Origin: Microlunatus sp.
Lineage (GTDB): Bacteria > Actinomycetota > Actinomycetes > Propionibacteriales > Propionibacteriaceae
Direction: 5' to 3'
NCBI GenBank assembly: GCA_036525335.1
Contig: DATDAP010000697.1
Coordinates: 1 to 62,118, forward strand
Length of the DNA: 62,118 bases
Part shown: piece by piece, positions 1-8,523 of the stretch
Layout: each line of letters opens with the position of its first letter
How positions within the stretch are numbered: the stretch's first letter is position 1
The notes under the pieces: generated by a model
Database searches by the model: none
What the model saw: only the letters and a program-made list of their open reading frames with translations
Told to the model about the DNA's origin: nothing
Translations under genes and position numbers: made by a program

Positions 1-121
1 CGAGATCGGCCAGGGAGCCGTCGTCGACGAGTTTGATCAGGTGCTCGACGGCGACGTCGAGGGAGTCCACCGCGGCTTGCAGCGCGGGGGCTGCCGGCTC
101 GTCGGTGGGGGCCTCGATCAT
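1..121 (-). CDS. 5' end of probable DUF222/HNH endonuclease (13E12-repeat-like) protein, runs off window
   Basis: Manual translation MIEAPTDEPAAPALQAAVDSLDVAVEHLIKLVDDGSLADL resembles actinobacterial DUF222 N-termini; SOS box upstream. Confidence 0.6.
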   Translation of the reverse strand, partial: MIEAPTDEPAAPALQAAVDSLDVAVEHLIKLVDDGSLADL

Positions 122-127
122 GATCCG

Positions 128-156
128 ATTCTAGCCGAACAAGTGTTCGATAGCAA
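128..156 (-). promoter_or_regulatory. SigA-type promoter TTGCTA-N17-TAGAAT with LexA/SOS box in the spacer
   Basis: CCGAAC-AAGT-GTTCGA at 135-150 (1 mismatch to TCGAAC-N4-GTTCGA); -10 lies 6 nt from ATG 121 (leaderless). Confidence 0.8.
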
Positions 157-257
157 GGAATCGAAACGAGTTCTCTCAACCAGGTAACGAAATTCACGGG
201 TGTGACGCGTGAGGCGTCGATGCTCGTTCCCCTGTCGCAGACATTGAGGATTCGACG

Positions 258-445
258 GTGGCTGCCGCGTGACAAGATCGATCCCCGCTTCCGCCTCGCG
301 ATCGCGCAGTTGCCTGACGGCGCGGCGCGGGGCTACCTTCGGTCGCCGAACGCGGCATCTCCCGCACGTCGCTCTACGAGCTGCGCAAACGTGCGACGGC
401 CCGACCCAGCGCCGTACGCGTGCTGACACCTCGACACGACCGAGT
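258..445 (+). mobile_element. IS481-family transposase N-terminal relic (frameshifted, truncated)
   Basis: Fragments KIDPRFRLAIAQLPDGAARG and GISRTSLYELRKRA in different frames match the HTH N-terminus of actinobacterial IS481 transposases. Confidence 0.65.
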
Positions 446-549
446 GCGTGCCGACCCGACCGTCACCGATGGTCCCGATCGAGAACGGGCACCTCTGTCT
501 TGAGACCGGACGCGCTGCCGACTGACCCCCCGTTGTTCGTCTTTCGCTG

Positions 550-569
550 AGTACAGCGAAACCTGTACT
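550..569. promoter_or_regulatory. Inverted repeat, likely ArsR/CmtR operator
   Basis: AGTACAG-CGAAAC-CTGTACT directly upstream of the cmtR start. Confidence 0.65.
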
Positions 570-577
570 GTGACGTC

Positions 578-931
578 GTGCGGATCTCATCCTCGACTGA
601 TGCGCTGTCCCGGTTCGGCCATGCCCTGTCGGACCTGACCCGGACGCAGGTGCTGCTGACACTGCGGCACGGCCCCGCCTATCCCGCCGACCTCGCCGAG
701 CTGGCCGGAGTCAGCCGGCAGACGATGTCGAACCACCTCGCCTGCCTGCGAGGCTGTGGCCTGGTGGTGGCGGTGCCCGAGGGCCGCCGGTCCCGTTACG
801 AGCTGACCGACGAGCGGATCAGCCATGCCCTCAACGACTTGCTGGCTCTCGTGCTGGTGGTCGATCCCGACTGCTGCGGCGGCGAGAGCGACAAAGCGCA
901 GGCGTCGGATGGGTTGGAGGTGAGGGCATGA
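578..931 (+). CDS. cmtR: ArsR/SmtB family Cd/Pb-sensing repressor (CmtR type)
   Basis: SNHLACLRGCGLV motif, C-terminal DPDCC; overlaps the next gene (ATGA). Confidence 0.85.
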   Translation: MRISSSTDALSRFGHALSDLTRTQVLLTLRHGPAYPADLAELAGVSRQTMSNHLACLRGCGLVVAVPEGRRSRYELTDERISHALNDLLALVLVVDPDCCGGESDKAQASDGLEVRA

Positions 932-1707
932 GCATTGCCTCGCTGCGGCCTTCGCCTTCCCGCCGGGATGTGCTGGCCCGCCGTATCCGCTGGTTCGTGG
1001 CCGCCACGATCACCTACAACGTGATCGAAGCCGTGGTCGCATTGGGCGCCGGCGCGCAGGCTTCCTCGAGCGTGCTGATCGGGTTCGGTCTGGACTCGGT
1101 GATCGAGGTGGCATCGGCTGTCGCGGTCGCCTGGCAGTTCGCCGGCCGCGACCCCGAAGCCCGGGAGAAGATCGCGTTGAAGATCATCGCCTGCTCGTTC
1201 TTCGGCCTCGCCGTCTTCGTCACCGGCAACGCCCTTCGGTCGCTGTTCGGCGGTGTCGAAGCCGACCACTCCCCGGTCGGCCTGGTCTTGGCGGCGGTCA
1301 GCCTGGCGATCATGCCGCTGCTGTCCTACGGCCAGCGCCGGGCCGGCCGCGAGCTCGGCTCGAGATCCGCGGTTGCTGACTCCAAGCAGACCCTGCTCTG
1401 CACCTACCTGTCCGCGATCCTGCTCGCCGGGCTGGCACTCAACTGGCTCTTCGGCTGGACGTGGGCCGATCCTGTCGCCGCCCTCGCCATCGCCGGCATC
1501 GCCCTGAAAGAGGGAATCGAAGCGTGGCGCGGCGACACCTGCTGCAGCCCCGCCGCCGCTCTTCAGCCTGCGACCGATCTGAACCCCTCAACGATTCCAG
1601 ACGAGTGCGGCTGCGGACCGAGATGCACCGACACCTGCTGCACTGTCTCGATCGACGGGCCGAGCCGCACCGAATCGACGGCGGTGACACCGCGCGCCGA
1701 CAGCTAG
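928..1707 (+). CDS. Cation diffusion facilitator-like metal transporter with Cys-rich tail
   Basis: FGLDSVIE and ADSKQT motifs, WADP, about 6 TM segments. Confidence 0.85.
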   Translation: MSIASLRPSPSRRDVLARRIRWFVAATITYNVIEAVVALGAGAQASSSVLIGFGLDSVIEVASAVAVAWQFAGRDPEAREKIALKIIACSFFGLAVFVTGNALRSLFGGVEADHSPVGLVLAAVSLAIMPLLSYGQRRAGRELGSRSAVADSKQTLLCTYLSAILLAGLALNWLFGWTWADPVAALAIAGIALKEGIEAWRGDTCCSPAAALQPATDLNPSTIPDECGCGPRCTDTCCTVSIDGPSRTESTAVTPRADS

Positions 1708-2852
1708 GGCAGCGGGCCGCCGACGCGATCGATGGAGTGCAGCACCTCGAACGGCTCAGCGAAGCGTGCGTGCGTCGCGATGCGCCGGCCCCAGTAGCGG
1801 GCGGTCGAGACCACCGTCTCCGGGTCGAGGTAGCTCCGTCCGGCCTGGGAGACGTGGCAGGCGAGCACATCGACCTTGCGATCGACCACCCGATCGATGG
1901 GTACGAAAGCGGTGGGGACGAAACCGTTGTCGGCGGAGGGCGACTGGTAGGCCATCACCGTCGGAACCGTACGGGCCGCGCTCGTAGTCGCGGCGTGCAC
2001 GGCCCGATGATCTTGATGGATGTCGTGGGCGGAGTGCACGTAGACGATCGTCGGGTCGAGGGCCTCGACGACGTCCTCGATGATCGTGATGGTCTGGATC
2101 CCGGCGCTCACCCTGGTGTCGGGAAGATCGGCCAGCAGCAGCTGCGCCCCGAGCAGAGTCGCTGCGTCGGCCGCTTCATCGGTGCGGTCAGCGGAATCGC
2201 CGCCGACCGCACCACGGCTGAGAGTCAGGACCGAGATCCGGTCTCCCTGCCGCCGGTGTTCCAGCAACGTACCGGCGCAGCCGATCTCGACGTCGTCGGG
2301 GTGCGCGCCCACGGCCAGCACCCGCTCCCGCGTACGGCCGGACCGTTCGAGCTGGACCCGCAGCGTCGTCAGCAAGGTGATCTGATCGAGGGGATCGACC
2401 ACCTCCTGGACACCTGCCCGAATGGCCGCCAACAGGATCGGGGGATCGACGTCCCCATCGCTCAGCAGCAGGAACCTGGCGACGGGACTGAGGGAGCGCA
2501 GAGCGTCGAGCAGATCCAGACACCCGGGCCGTCCGAGCACCTCCGGGCCGATGAGCACGTACGTGAAGGGATCCAGCTCGGCGATCCTGTCGGCCGAGGC
2601 TGGAGCCTCCACGCGCACCGTGCTGAACCCCACCCGCCGTAGAGCATCGACCGCAGTGGGGTAGGGCTCCTCGGCGATGAGCAGGGCCGTGCGGGGAGGC
2701 CACGGACGTACCTCCATGACGCCGTCGGGCACTCCGGGAGCAGGTTGGCGACGCGGTCGCCGTCCGGCCGGGCGAGGTGAGGCGGTGACGTGGTCGGCCC
2801 AGGCTGGGTCGCGTCGGTCCACCGGCCCGCTCGAACCGCTCGTCGCAGACAT
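1704..2852 (-). CDS. Receiver-like domain fused to PIG-L family deacetylase (start uncertain)
   Basis: AHPDDVE and HSAHDIHQDH PIG-L motifs; N-terminal REC-like fold (AIRAGVQEVV). Confidence 0.8.
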   Translation of the reverse strand: MSATSGSSGPVDRRDPAWADHVTASPRPAGRRPRRQPAPGVPDGVMEVRPWPPRTALLIAEEPYPTAVDALRRVGFSTVRVEAPASADRIAELDPFTYVLIGPEVLGRPGCLDLLDALRSLSPVARFLLLSDGDVDPPILLAAIRAGVQEVVDPLDQITLLTTLRVQLERSGRTRERVLAVGAHPDDVEIGCAGTLLEHRRQGDRISVLTLSRGAVGGDSADRTDEAADAATLLGAQLLLADLPDTRVSAGIQTITIIEDVVEALDPTIVYVHSAHDIHQDHRAVHAATTSAARTVPTVMAYQSPSADNGFVPTAFVPIDRVVDRKVDVLACHVSQAGRSYLDPETVVSTARYWGRRIATHARFAEPFEVLHSIDRVGGPLP

Positions 2853-3037
2853 GACCTCAGGGTACGGGCCCCGCACCAATGGACACGCCTGCCGCAGGCG
2901 CCATGTCCACTGATCGGGGGACACCGACATCGTCCGATCGATCGGCCGGTCGCCCGACGGCGGCGGACGCCGGATCGCCGCAGAGTTGTCCTCGTCGGCA
3001 CGGATGATCCGGGCCACCAAGACCAAGGAGAACTCAG

Positions 3038-3544
3038 ATGTCCAGCACCGTGCCCACCGGCTCGAACCCGCAGGGCTACACCTCGCAGTCCAGCGACGGT
3101 TCCAACTTCGGCCGCGTTCCTCAGACTCCGAAGAAGGCGAAGCCCACCGGCTGGATCGTCGCCACCTTCGGTGCCGCAGCGCTGGCCCTGGTGGGCATGA
3201 TCGCTGCCGTCTTCCTGGCCTTCGCCGGCCCGGCCACGGCCGGGGCGAGCAGCACGATCGAGCACCACAAGAGCAGCAGCCACCATGCGGTGATCATCAA
3301 CGGGGGCGGTCACGGCCACCACACCGTCCAGCCCTCGGCCCAGATCGAGACCCTGCAGAAGGACCTCGGCCGGCTGAACTACTACGAGGGCCCGGTCAAC
3401 GGCTACCCGAGCATCCAGCTCGAGAAGTCGATCACGTACCTGCAGGCCGACGCCGGTCTCCCGCAGACCGGTCGGATGGATGCCGCGACCCAGGCCGCGA
3501 TGCAGAACATGCTGATCAACGGCAACAACCAGATGGGCAACTGA
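3038..3544 (+). CDS. Membrane-anchored peptidoglycan-binding domain protein
   Basis: AGGAG RBS; one TM helix; LQKDLGRLNYYEGPVNG...LQADAGLPQTGRMDAAT PGBD pattern. Confidence 0.8.
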   Translation: MSSTVPTGSNPQGYTSQSSDGSNFGRVPQTPKKAKPTGWIVATFGAAALALVGMIAAVFLAFAGPATAGASSTIEHHKSSSHHAVIINGGGHGHHTVQPSAQIETLQKDLGRLNYYEGPVNGYPSIQLEKSITYLQADAGLPQTGRMDAATQAAMQNMLINGNNQMGN

Positions 3545-3649
3545 GCACGCCGCAACATGAAACTGCGGATCTTCATGGGGTCGCGGTTGCGGTTTACTGG
3601 ACTGATCGCGGACCGTGCTCGGGCGAGCCGGTCTCCGTCAGGAGTCGCC

Positions 3650-5023
3650 ATGCCTGAGTGCCCGTCGTCACCCACCGTGCTCCGGCACGTCGGACGTGCC
3701 ACGGCACTGCTGCTGATGGGGCTCTCGCTGGCCCTGGGGTTCTGGTTCGCACCTGGAGCGGCTGCCGAGCCACCCAGCTCGCCCTCGCCGTCACCGCTCT
3801 CCACGCTCGCTCCCGTCGACGAGGATGATGAGGACGCAGAGGAGGGCCCGTACGAGGATCTGAACTGGATCACCGGCTGCGCAACGGAAGGCGGGACCGG
3901 CGCCGAGGTCCAGGTCAGCACGGGCCTGGAGGCGGCCGACGGTACGGCATTCGAGTGGACGCTACGCCTTGACGGCACGGTGATCATCCGCGAGACGTTC
4001 ACCTACAACGAGGAGGATGACGAGACCGGCCCTCACCATCTCGCTGGACTCGCACCCGGCAGCTACCGGCTGACGATCACCCCCGTCGGACAGACCAAAG
4101 ACGCCGTGACGGTGGACTTCGAGGTACTGCGCTGCGTCAGCGCCGTCGGCGGCTGCCGGACGATCACCTTCACCAACCCGGCAGCCAATCCCGCCCTCCG
4201 ATTCAAGTACCAAACCGGCAACGACGACGGCAGCGACGACGAGGACGTCGACGACAGTGGCGTGATCATGGTGCCGCCCGGCGAGTCGCGCACGGTGGCC
4301 TCCCTGCGTCGGGTGGCCGGCTACGGCGCAACAAGGGTGTTCCGGAGCGGCCAGCCGCGGTCGTTCGGCGGCGAGGACTACGAGATCGATGTGGACCAGC
4401 ACTGCGGCGCCACCATGACTCGCGGAGCCGTCGACTGCGCGCCGAACAGCAAGTCCAACGCGAAGGTCGAGGCCTGGTTGGCGCCGCCCCAGGGCCATCC
4501 GGCCCGCTTCAAGCTCATCGACTTCCACGAGCCGATCGACTCCGGCCAGGTCGGCGATGATGATCACCTGAAGCTGTGGCTGTCGCCGAGCTACTACAAC
4601 TTCCGTGCGTACACCTCCGAGGCGCAGCTTCCCTATGACCGCGTCGACTTCCCGGTCCTCACCTGCCTGCAGGCTCCCTCGACCTGTCAGGGGCTGACCT
4701 TCGGGAATCCGGAGTCGTCGTGGTCGACGGTCGACGTCCGTTATCGGGTGGATGACGGCCCGCAGGAGTCGATATCGATCAAGGCGGGCCGATCCAGGCA
4801 GCTGCTGCTGCCGAGCGGCGCGTCGGTGACCTGGCGGGCGACGCCGCGAGACCTGGAGATTCCCGCAGGCTGGAGGATCGACGCCGGAAGCGGAACGGTC
4901 GTCACGGGGGTGTGTGGCAGCCCAGAGGACCAGCTGGCCGCCACGGGTGGCCCGAGCCTGCTGCTCGGCGTGGGAGCTGTGCTGGGCGCGGCCGGCTTCG
5001 GGCTGCTCCGTCGCCGGTCGTGA
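3650..5023 (+). CDS. Secreted, sortase-anchored (LAATG) surface protein
   Basis: Signal peptide ending AAA; C-terminal LAATG + hydrophobic helix + RRRS. Confidence 0.8.
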   Translation: MPECPSSPTVLRHVGRATALLLMGLSLALGFWFAPGAAAEPPSSPSPSPLSTLAPVDEDDEDAEEGPYEDLNWITGCATEGGTGAEVQVSTGLEAADGTAFEWTLRLDGTVIIRETFTYNEEDDETGPHHLAGLAPGSYRLTITPVGQTKDAVTVDFEVLRCVSAVGGCRTITFTNPAANPALRFKYQTGNDDGSDDEDVDDSGVIMVPPGESRTVASLRRVAGYGATRVFRSGQPRSFGGEDYEIDVDQHCGATMTRGAVDCAPNSKSNAKVEAWLAPPQGHPARFKLIDFHEPIDSGQVGDDDHLKLWLSPSYYNFRAYTSEAQLPYDRVDFPVLTCLQAPSTCQGLTFGNPESSWSTVDVRYRVDDGPQESISIKAGRSRQLLLPSGASVTWRATPRDLEIPAGWRIDAGSGTVVTGVCGSPEDQLAATGGPSLLLGVGAVLGAAGFGLLRRRS

Positions 5024-5048
5024 TGCTGGGCTCGGGTCCGGCCGCCGC

Positions 5049-5726
5049 TCACGACCGCCGATCTCCGACGACCCGACAGAGCACCCGTGTCCGAGGTGTT
5101 TCGGTGCCGCAGACGGCCAGCGCTGCGGTCGCGCCGCCGCCGAGGGCGAGGTCGACGATCCGTACGGGACAGGCCCGGGGCGAGTCGAAGGACAGGATCT
5201 CGGGCGGTCGGTCCGGTGGAGTGATCACCAGCCGGCGGGGGTCGACGGCGAGGCCGAGTCCGATGGCCTTCAGCACCGCCTCCTTGCGGACGAAGGTGCG
5301 GAGCAGTGCAGGAGCGTCCAGCTCGTCCGACAGCTCGGTGGGGCCGAGGAATCCCGCGGCATCGCGGCCTGTCAGCACGGTCGACGTCTCCACGTCGACA
5401 CCGACCTCGGCGTCCAACGACCAGGCGAGGACGACGTGGGCGCCGCTGTGGCTGAGGGAGATGTGGGGGAGTGGACGTCCGTCGTCGGCGACCAGCCAGG
5501 GTTTGCCTTCCCCGGGTATGACCGGCCGGGGTTCGATGCGCAGCCGCCGCGGGAGGAGACCGAAGTCGCACGCCAGGTCGTTGATCATGGCTCGTCCGGT
5601 TACGAAGCGACGCCGGTCGTCGGACCGGCGAAAACCCTCGGCCCGCGCCGTATCGGTCGTGGAGAGATGGGTGGCGCCGAGATCGGTGTCCGGGCGGGCG
5701 ATCCACACCGTGATCTCGCGGGTCAC
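5049..5726 (-). CDS. Sfp-type 4'-phosphopantetheinyl transferase
   Basis: GKP, SLSHSG, VGVDVE and RKEAVLKAIGLG motifs. Confidence 0.9.
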   Translation of the reverse strand: MTREITVWIARPDTDLGATHLSTTDTARAEGFRRSDDRRRFVTGRAMINDLACDFGLLPRRLRIEPRPVIPGEGKPWLVADDGRPLPHISLSHSGAHVVLAWSLDAEVGVDVETSTVLTGRDAAGFLGPTELSDELDAPALLRTFVRKEAVLKAIGLGLAVDPRRLVITPPDRPPEILSFDSPRACPVRIVDLALGGGATAALAVCGTETPRTRVLCRVVGDRRS

Positions 5727-6423
5727 GCCGATGCGCGGTGGATCGGCGGCACGGGTACCAGCCCGGACGATCGGACCTCGAAGACCTTCGGCAGGCGGGC
5801 CAGGGTGGCGGCGCTGTGGGCAACCACGATGACCGTACGGTCAGTGGCGAGCGCGTCGACCGCGACCTCGACGAGCCCGGCCGTGGCGGGGTCGATGTCG
5901 GCGGTGGCCTCGTCCAGGATGAGGATCGGCGTCCGGGTGAGCGCGACGCGGATCAGGGCGAGCAGCTGTCGCTCCCCGGCCGACAACGGGGAGGCGCCGC
6001 CGGCCGGTGTGGTCAAGCCACCGGGCAGGCCGGTCAGCCAGGCGCCCAGACCCACCGACGCGGTAGCGGCGGTGAGCTCGGCGTCGGACGCGGTCGGAGC
6101 GGCCAGTCGGAGATCGTCGGCGATCGTCTCCGGGCCGAGGACGACCTGCTGCGGCACCAGGGCGACCAGCCCGGCCCGCTCCTGTGGGCTGAGGGTGCCG
6201 AGGTCGTACCCGCCCACGGTGACCCGACCTACGTGCGGGGCGTAGAGACCGGCCAGCACCTTGACCAGGGTCGACTTGCCCGACCCGGTCCGGCCGGCCA
6301 AGCCCACCACCGGGTGCCGGCGGCGAGGCTGGTCGAGAAGGCCTTCAGCACGGGGTCCGCGCCGTAGCCGAACGTGACGTTCTCGGCCCGGAGATCATGG
6401 TCGCCGCCCCGCAGCGGAGTCAT
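5723..6423 (-). pseudogene. ABC exporter ATPase domain relic (frameshift near 6312, TM domain missing)
   Basis: ENVTFGY in one frame; Walker A GRTGSGKST, LSAGERQ and ILDEAT in another. Confidence 0.75.
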
Positions 6424-6580
6424 CGACGCCGTCCCCGTGGCCTCAGCGTCCGATCGACCCGGCTGACGACAGGTTCGGCGGGATCGTCGATCCAACCATC
6501 CGGGAAGTCCAGCCACCGAGTGCCGGTGCTCAGGTGGTCGTGATGCCCGTCCGGCCCGGGCTCGCGCCGGTTCGCCGAGT

Positions 6581-7222
6581 TCAGGCGGCCAGGTGGAACG
6601 TGCTCGCGAAGCGGTCGAGAAGATCGCCACGACCCCGCAGTACCTCGACCGCACCGGTCGCGATCGCGCGATCCGCGGTGAGCTCACCGGAGATGAGTCG
6701 GTGGATGCCCGAACCCACGGCGAAGGCCAGGTCCACCGGTCCGTCGCCACGCGTCAGGTCGAGGGTGGAGCCCTCCACTCGGATCAGCAGCTCGGCCGGA
6801 CCGAAGCGTGCTGCATACGCGGTCGCCGGCAGCTGCGCCGCCACCAGCGGTCGGAAGGCGGTGCGCAGGGAGATGGTCATCGCGTCCGGGGTGATGATCT
6901 GCTCCGCCCGCGGGTCGCCCATCGCTTTGAAGCCCCAGGCGCCGAGGGCGAGCACCACGGGCTCGAGCTCGCGGCCGTACGGCGTCAGCTCGTAGACGAT
7001 GACCCGCGAGTGCGGAACGCGCCGGAGGACGCCGGCCGCCTGCAGCTCCTTGAGCCGTGCCGCCAGGATGTTGCTCGGGATGCGGGGGAGCCCGGCCGCA
7101 AGCTCTCCATAACGGCGCGGCCCGACCAGCAGGTCGCGCACGATGAGCATGGCCCAGCGCTCGCCCACGAGCTCCAGGGCGCGCGTGACACCGCAGTACT
7201 GCCCGTAGTCGCGGGCGGCCAT
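6581..7222 (-). CDS. HxlR family winged-helix regulator with C-terminal SCP2-like domain
   Basis: YGQYCGVTRALELVGERW motif. Confidence 0.9.
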   Translation of the reverse strand: MAARDYGQYCGVTRALELVGERWAMLIVRDLLVGPRRYGELAAGLPRIPSNILAARLKELQAAGVLRRVPHSRVIVYELTPYGRELEPVVLALGAWGFKAMGDPRAEQIITPDAMTISLRTAFRPLVAAQLPATAYAARFGPAELLIRVEGSTLDLTRGDGPVDLAFAVGSGIHRLISGELTADRAIATGAVEVLRGRGDLLDRFASTFHLAA

Positions 7223-7227
7223 GAACC

Positions 7228-7662
7228 TCAGGCCTGTTGGTTCGCGAAGGCCTCGGGACCCTGCTCGGCCGCCACCGGGTCCATGTAGCCGAACTCGAGG
7301 ATGTTGCCATCGGGATCGGTGAGCTGGCGCTGGTACATGAAGCCGTAGTCCGTTGCGGCGTGCGGCTCCGAGCCCCCCGCGGCGAGACCGGCGGCGACGG
7401 CTGCGTCGACGGCTTCTCGACCGTCGAGGAAGATGGCGGTCGACACCGACGGGCTCACGGCCGGGTCCCCGAGGGGGAGCTCGGTGAAGGTCTGGAAGTA
7501 GTCGCGCACCAAGATCATGAAGTAGCTGTGGTCCTCCTCGACCACCAGGCAGGCCGCGTTGTGATCGGAGAAGGCCGGGTTGATGGTGAATCCGATCGCG
7601 GTGTAGAACGCCTTGGCGCGCTCCAGGTCGGTCACCGGCAGGTTGACGAACATCGCAGTCAT
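7228..7662 (-). CDS. VOC/glyoxalase family protein
   Basis: FVNLPVTDLERAKAFY...DYGFMY...DPDGNILE. Confidence 0.9.
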   Translation of the reverse strand: MTAMFVNLPVTDLERAKAFYTAIGFTINPAFSDHNAACLVVEEDHSYFMILVRDYFQTFTELPLGDPAVSPSVSTAIFLDGREAVDAAVAAGLAAGGSEPHAATDYGFMYQRQLTDPDGNILEFGYMDPVAAEQGPEAFANQQA

Positions 7663-7775
7663 CGTGGTCTCTCTCGTACGTCTCGGACGGGGATGGATGG
7701 GGTGAGCGTTGGGTACGCCGCTCGAGCTCAGTCACATCCTGTCGCCTTCACTTGCAAAAAACAAGTGCTGGCCGC

Positions 7776-8445
7776 TCATCGAATTCGGTGGCCGTTCCGG
7801 GATGGGGGCAGGCGCTCAGCGGCCTCGGGGCGGTGGATGCCACGCGGGTGGTAGCCGAGCTGCGCCGACAGCCCGAGCAGGTCGGCGAGCAGCCAGACGA
7901 CGGAAAGCCACATCTCGGTGCCCTGCAGTCCCGGGGTGGTGGCGTCGAGGCCGCCCGTGATCGGGTCCGGAGCCTGAAAGCTGAAGCCCCGATCCGTGAC
8001 CCAGCGCGGGATCGCGTCCAGCAGCAACTGGCGAGCCACGGCCAGGGCCTCGTCGCCGGAACACCTCCGTGTCGGGGTCGCTCATGGTGTGGTTGAACCC
8101 GAGCAGAGACGTGTGCGTGCCGATCCCGACGGCGTTGCCGAGACGGATCCGGCCGCGCAGCACGGCGTACGGGTTGATGGTGCAGTCCCGGCCGGTGCGC
8201 AGCGATCCGGTCAGGTACGCGCCGGCGGCGATGTAGGTGCCATCACCCAGGTGCAGCTCGTCGTTGCCCACCGACGCGAGCTCGGACAAGAAGCAGTCTT
8301 CACCGAGCCTGTGGGCATCCCCTCGCTCGAGCAACTGGCGTTGCCGGTCGCGCTGACGGGCCTTGCCCTCGTCGCTGGCCTCGGCCCAGAATCTCCAGGG
8401 CGAGAAGTCCAGCAGCCGATCGGCCAACGTCGATCCATCGGTCAC
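7776..8445 (-). pseudogene. Hexapeptide-repeat (LbH) acyltransferase with a large internal deletion
   Basis: N-terminal LbH repeats stop at GFNHTMSDPDTEVFR and join out of frame to a C-terminal segment PGLQGTEMWL...RGIHRPE. Confidence 0.65.
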
Positions 8446-8523
8446 CTCGTCATCCTGGCAGGACCTCCGTTTCCTCGGCTCCTGCCCGGCTGATTCAGGC
8501 CCTCCCGGCTCTACGGTGGGAGC

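Noticed and set aside
161-174. Second SOS-box-like sequence TCGAAACGAGTTCT
   Set aside because: Wrong spacing and several mismatches
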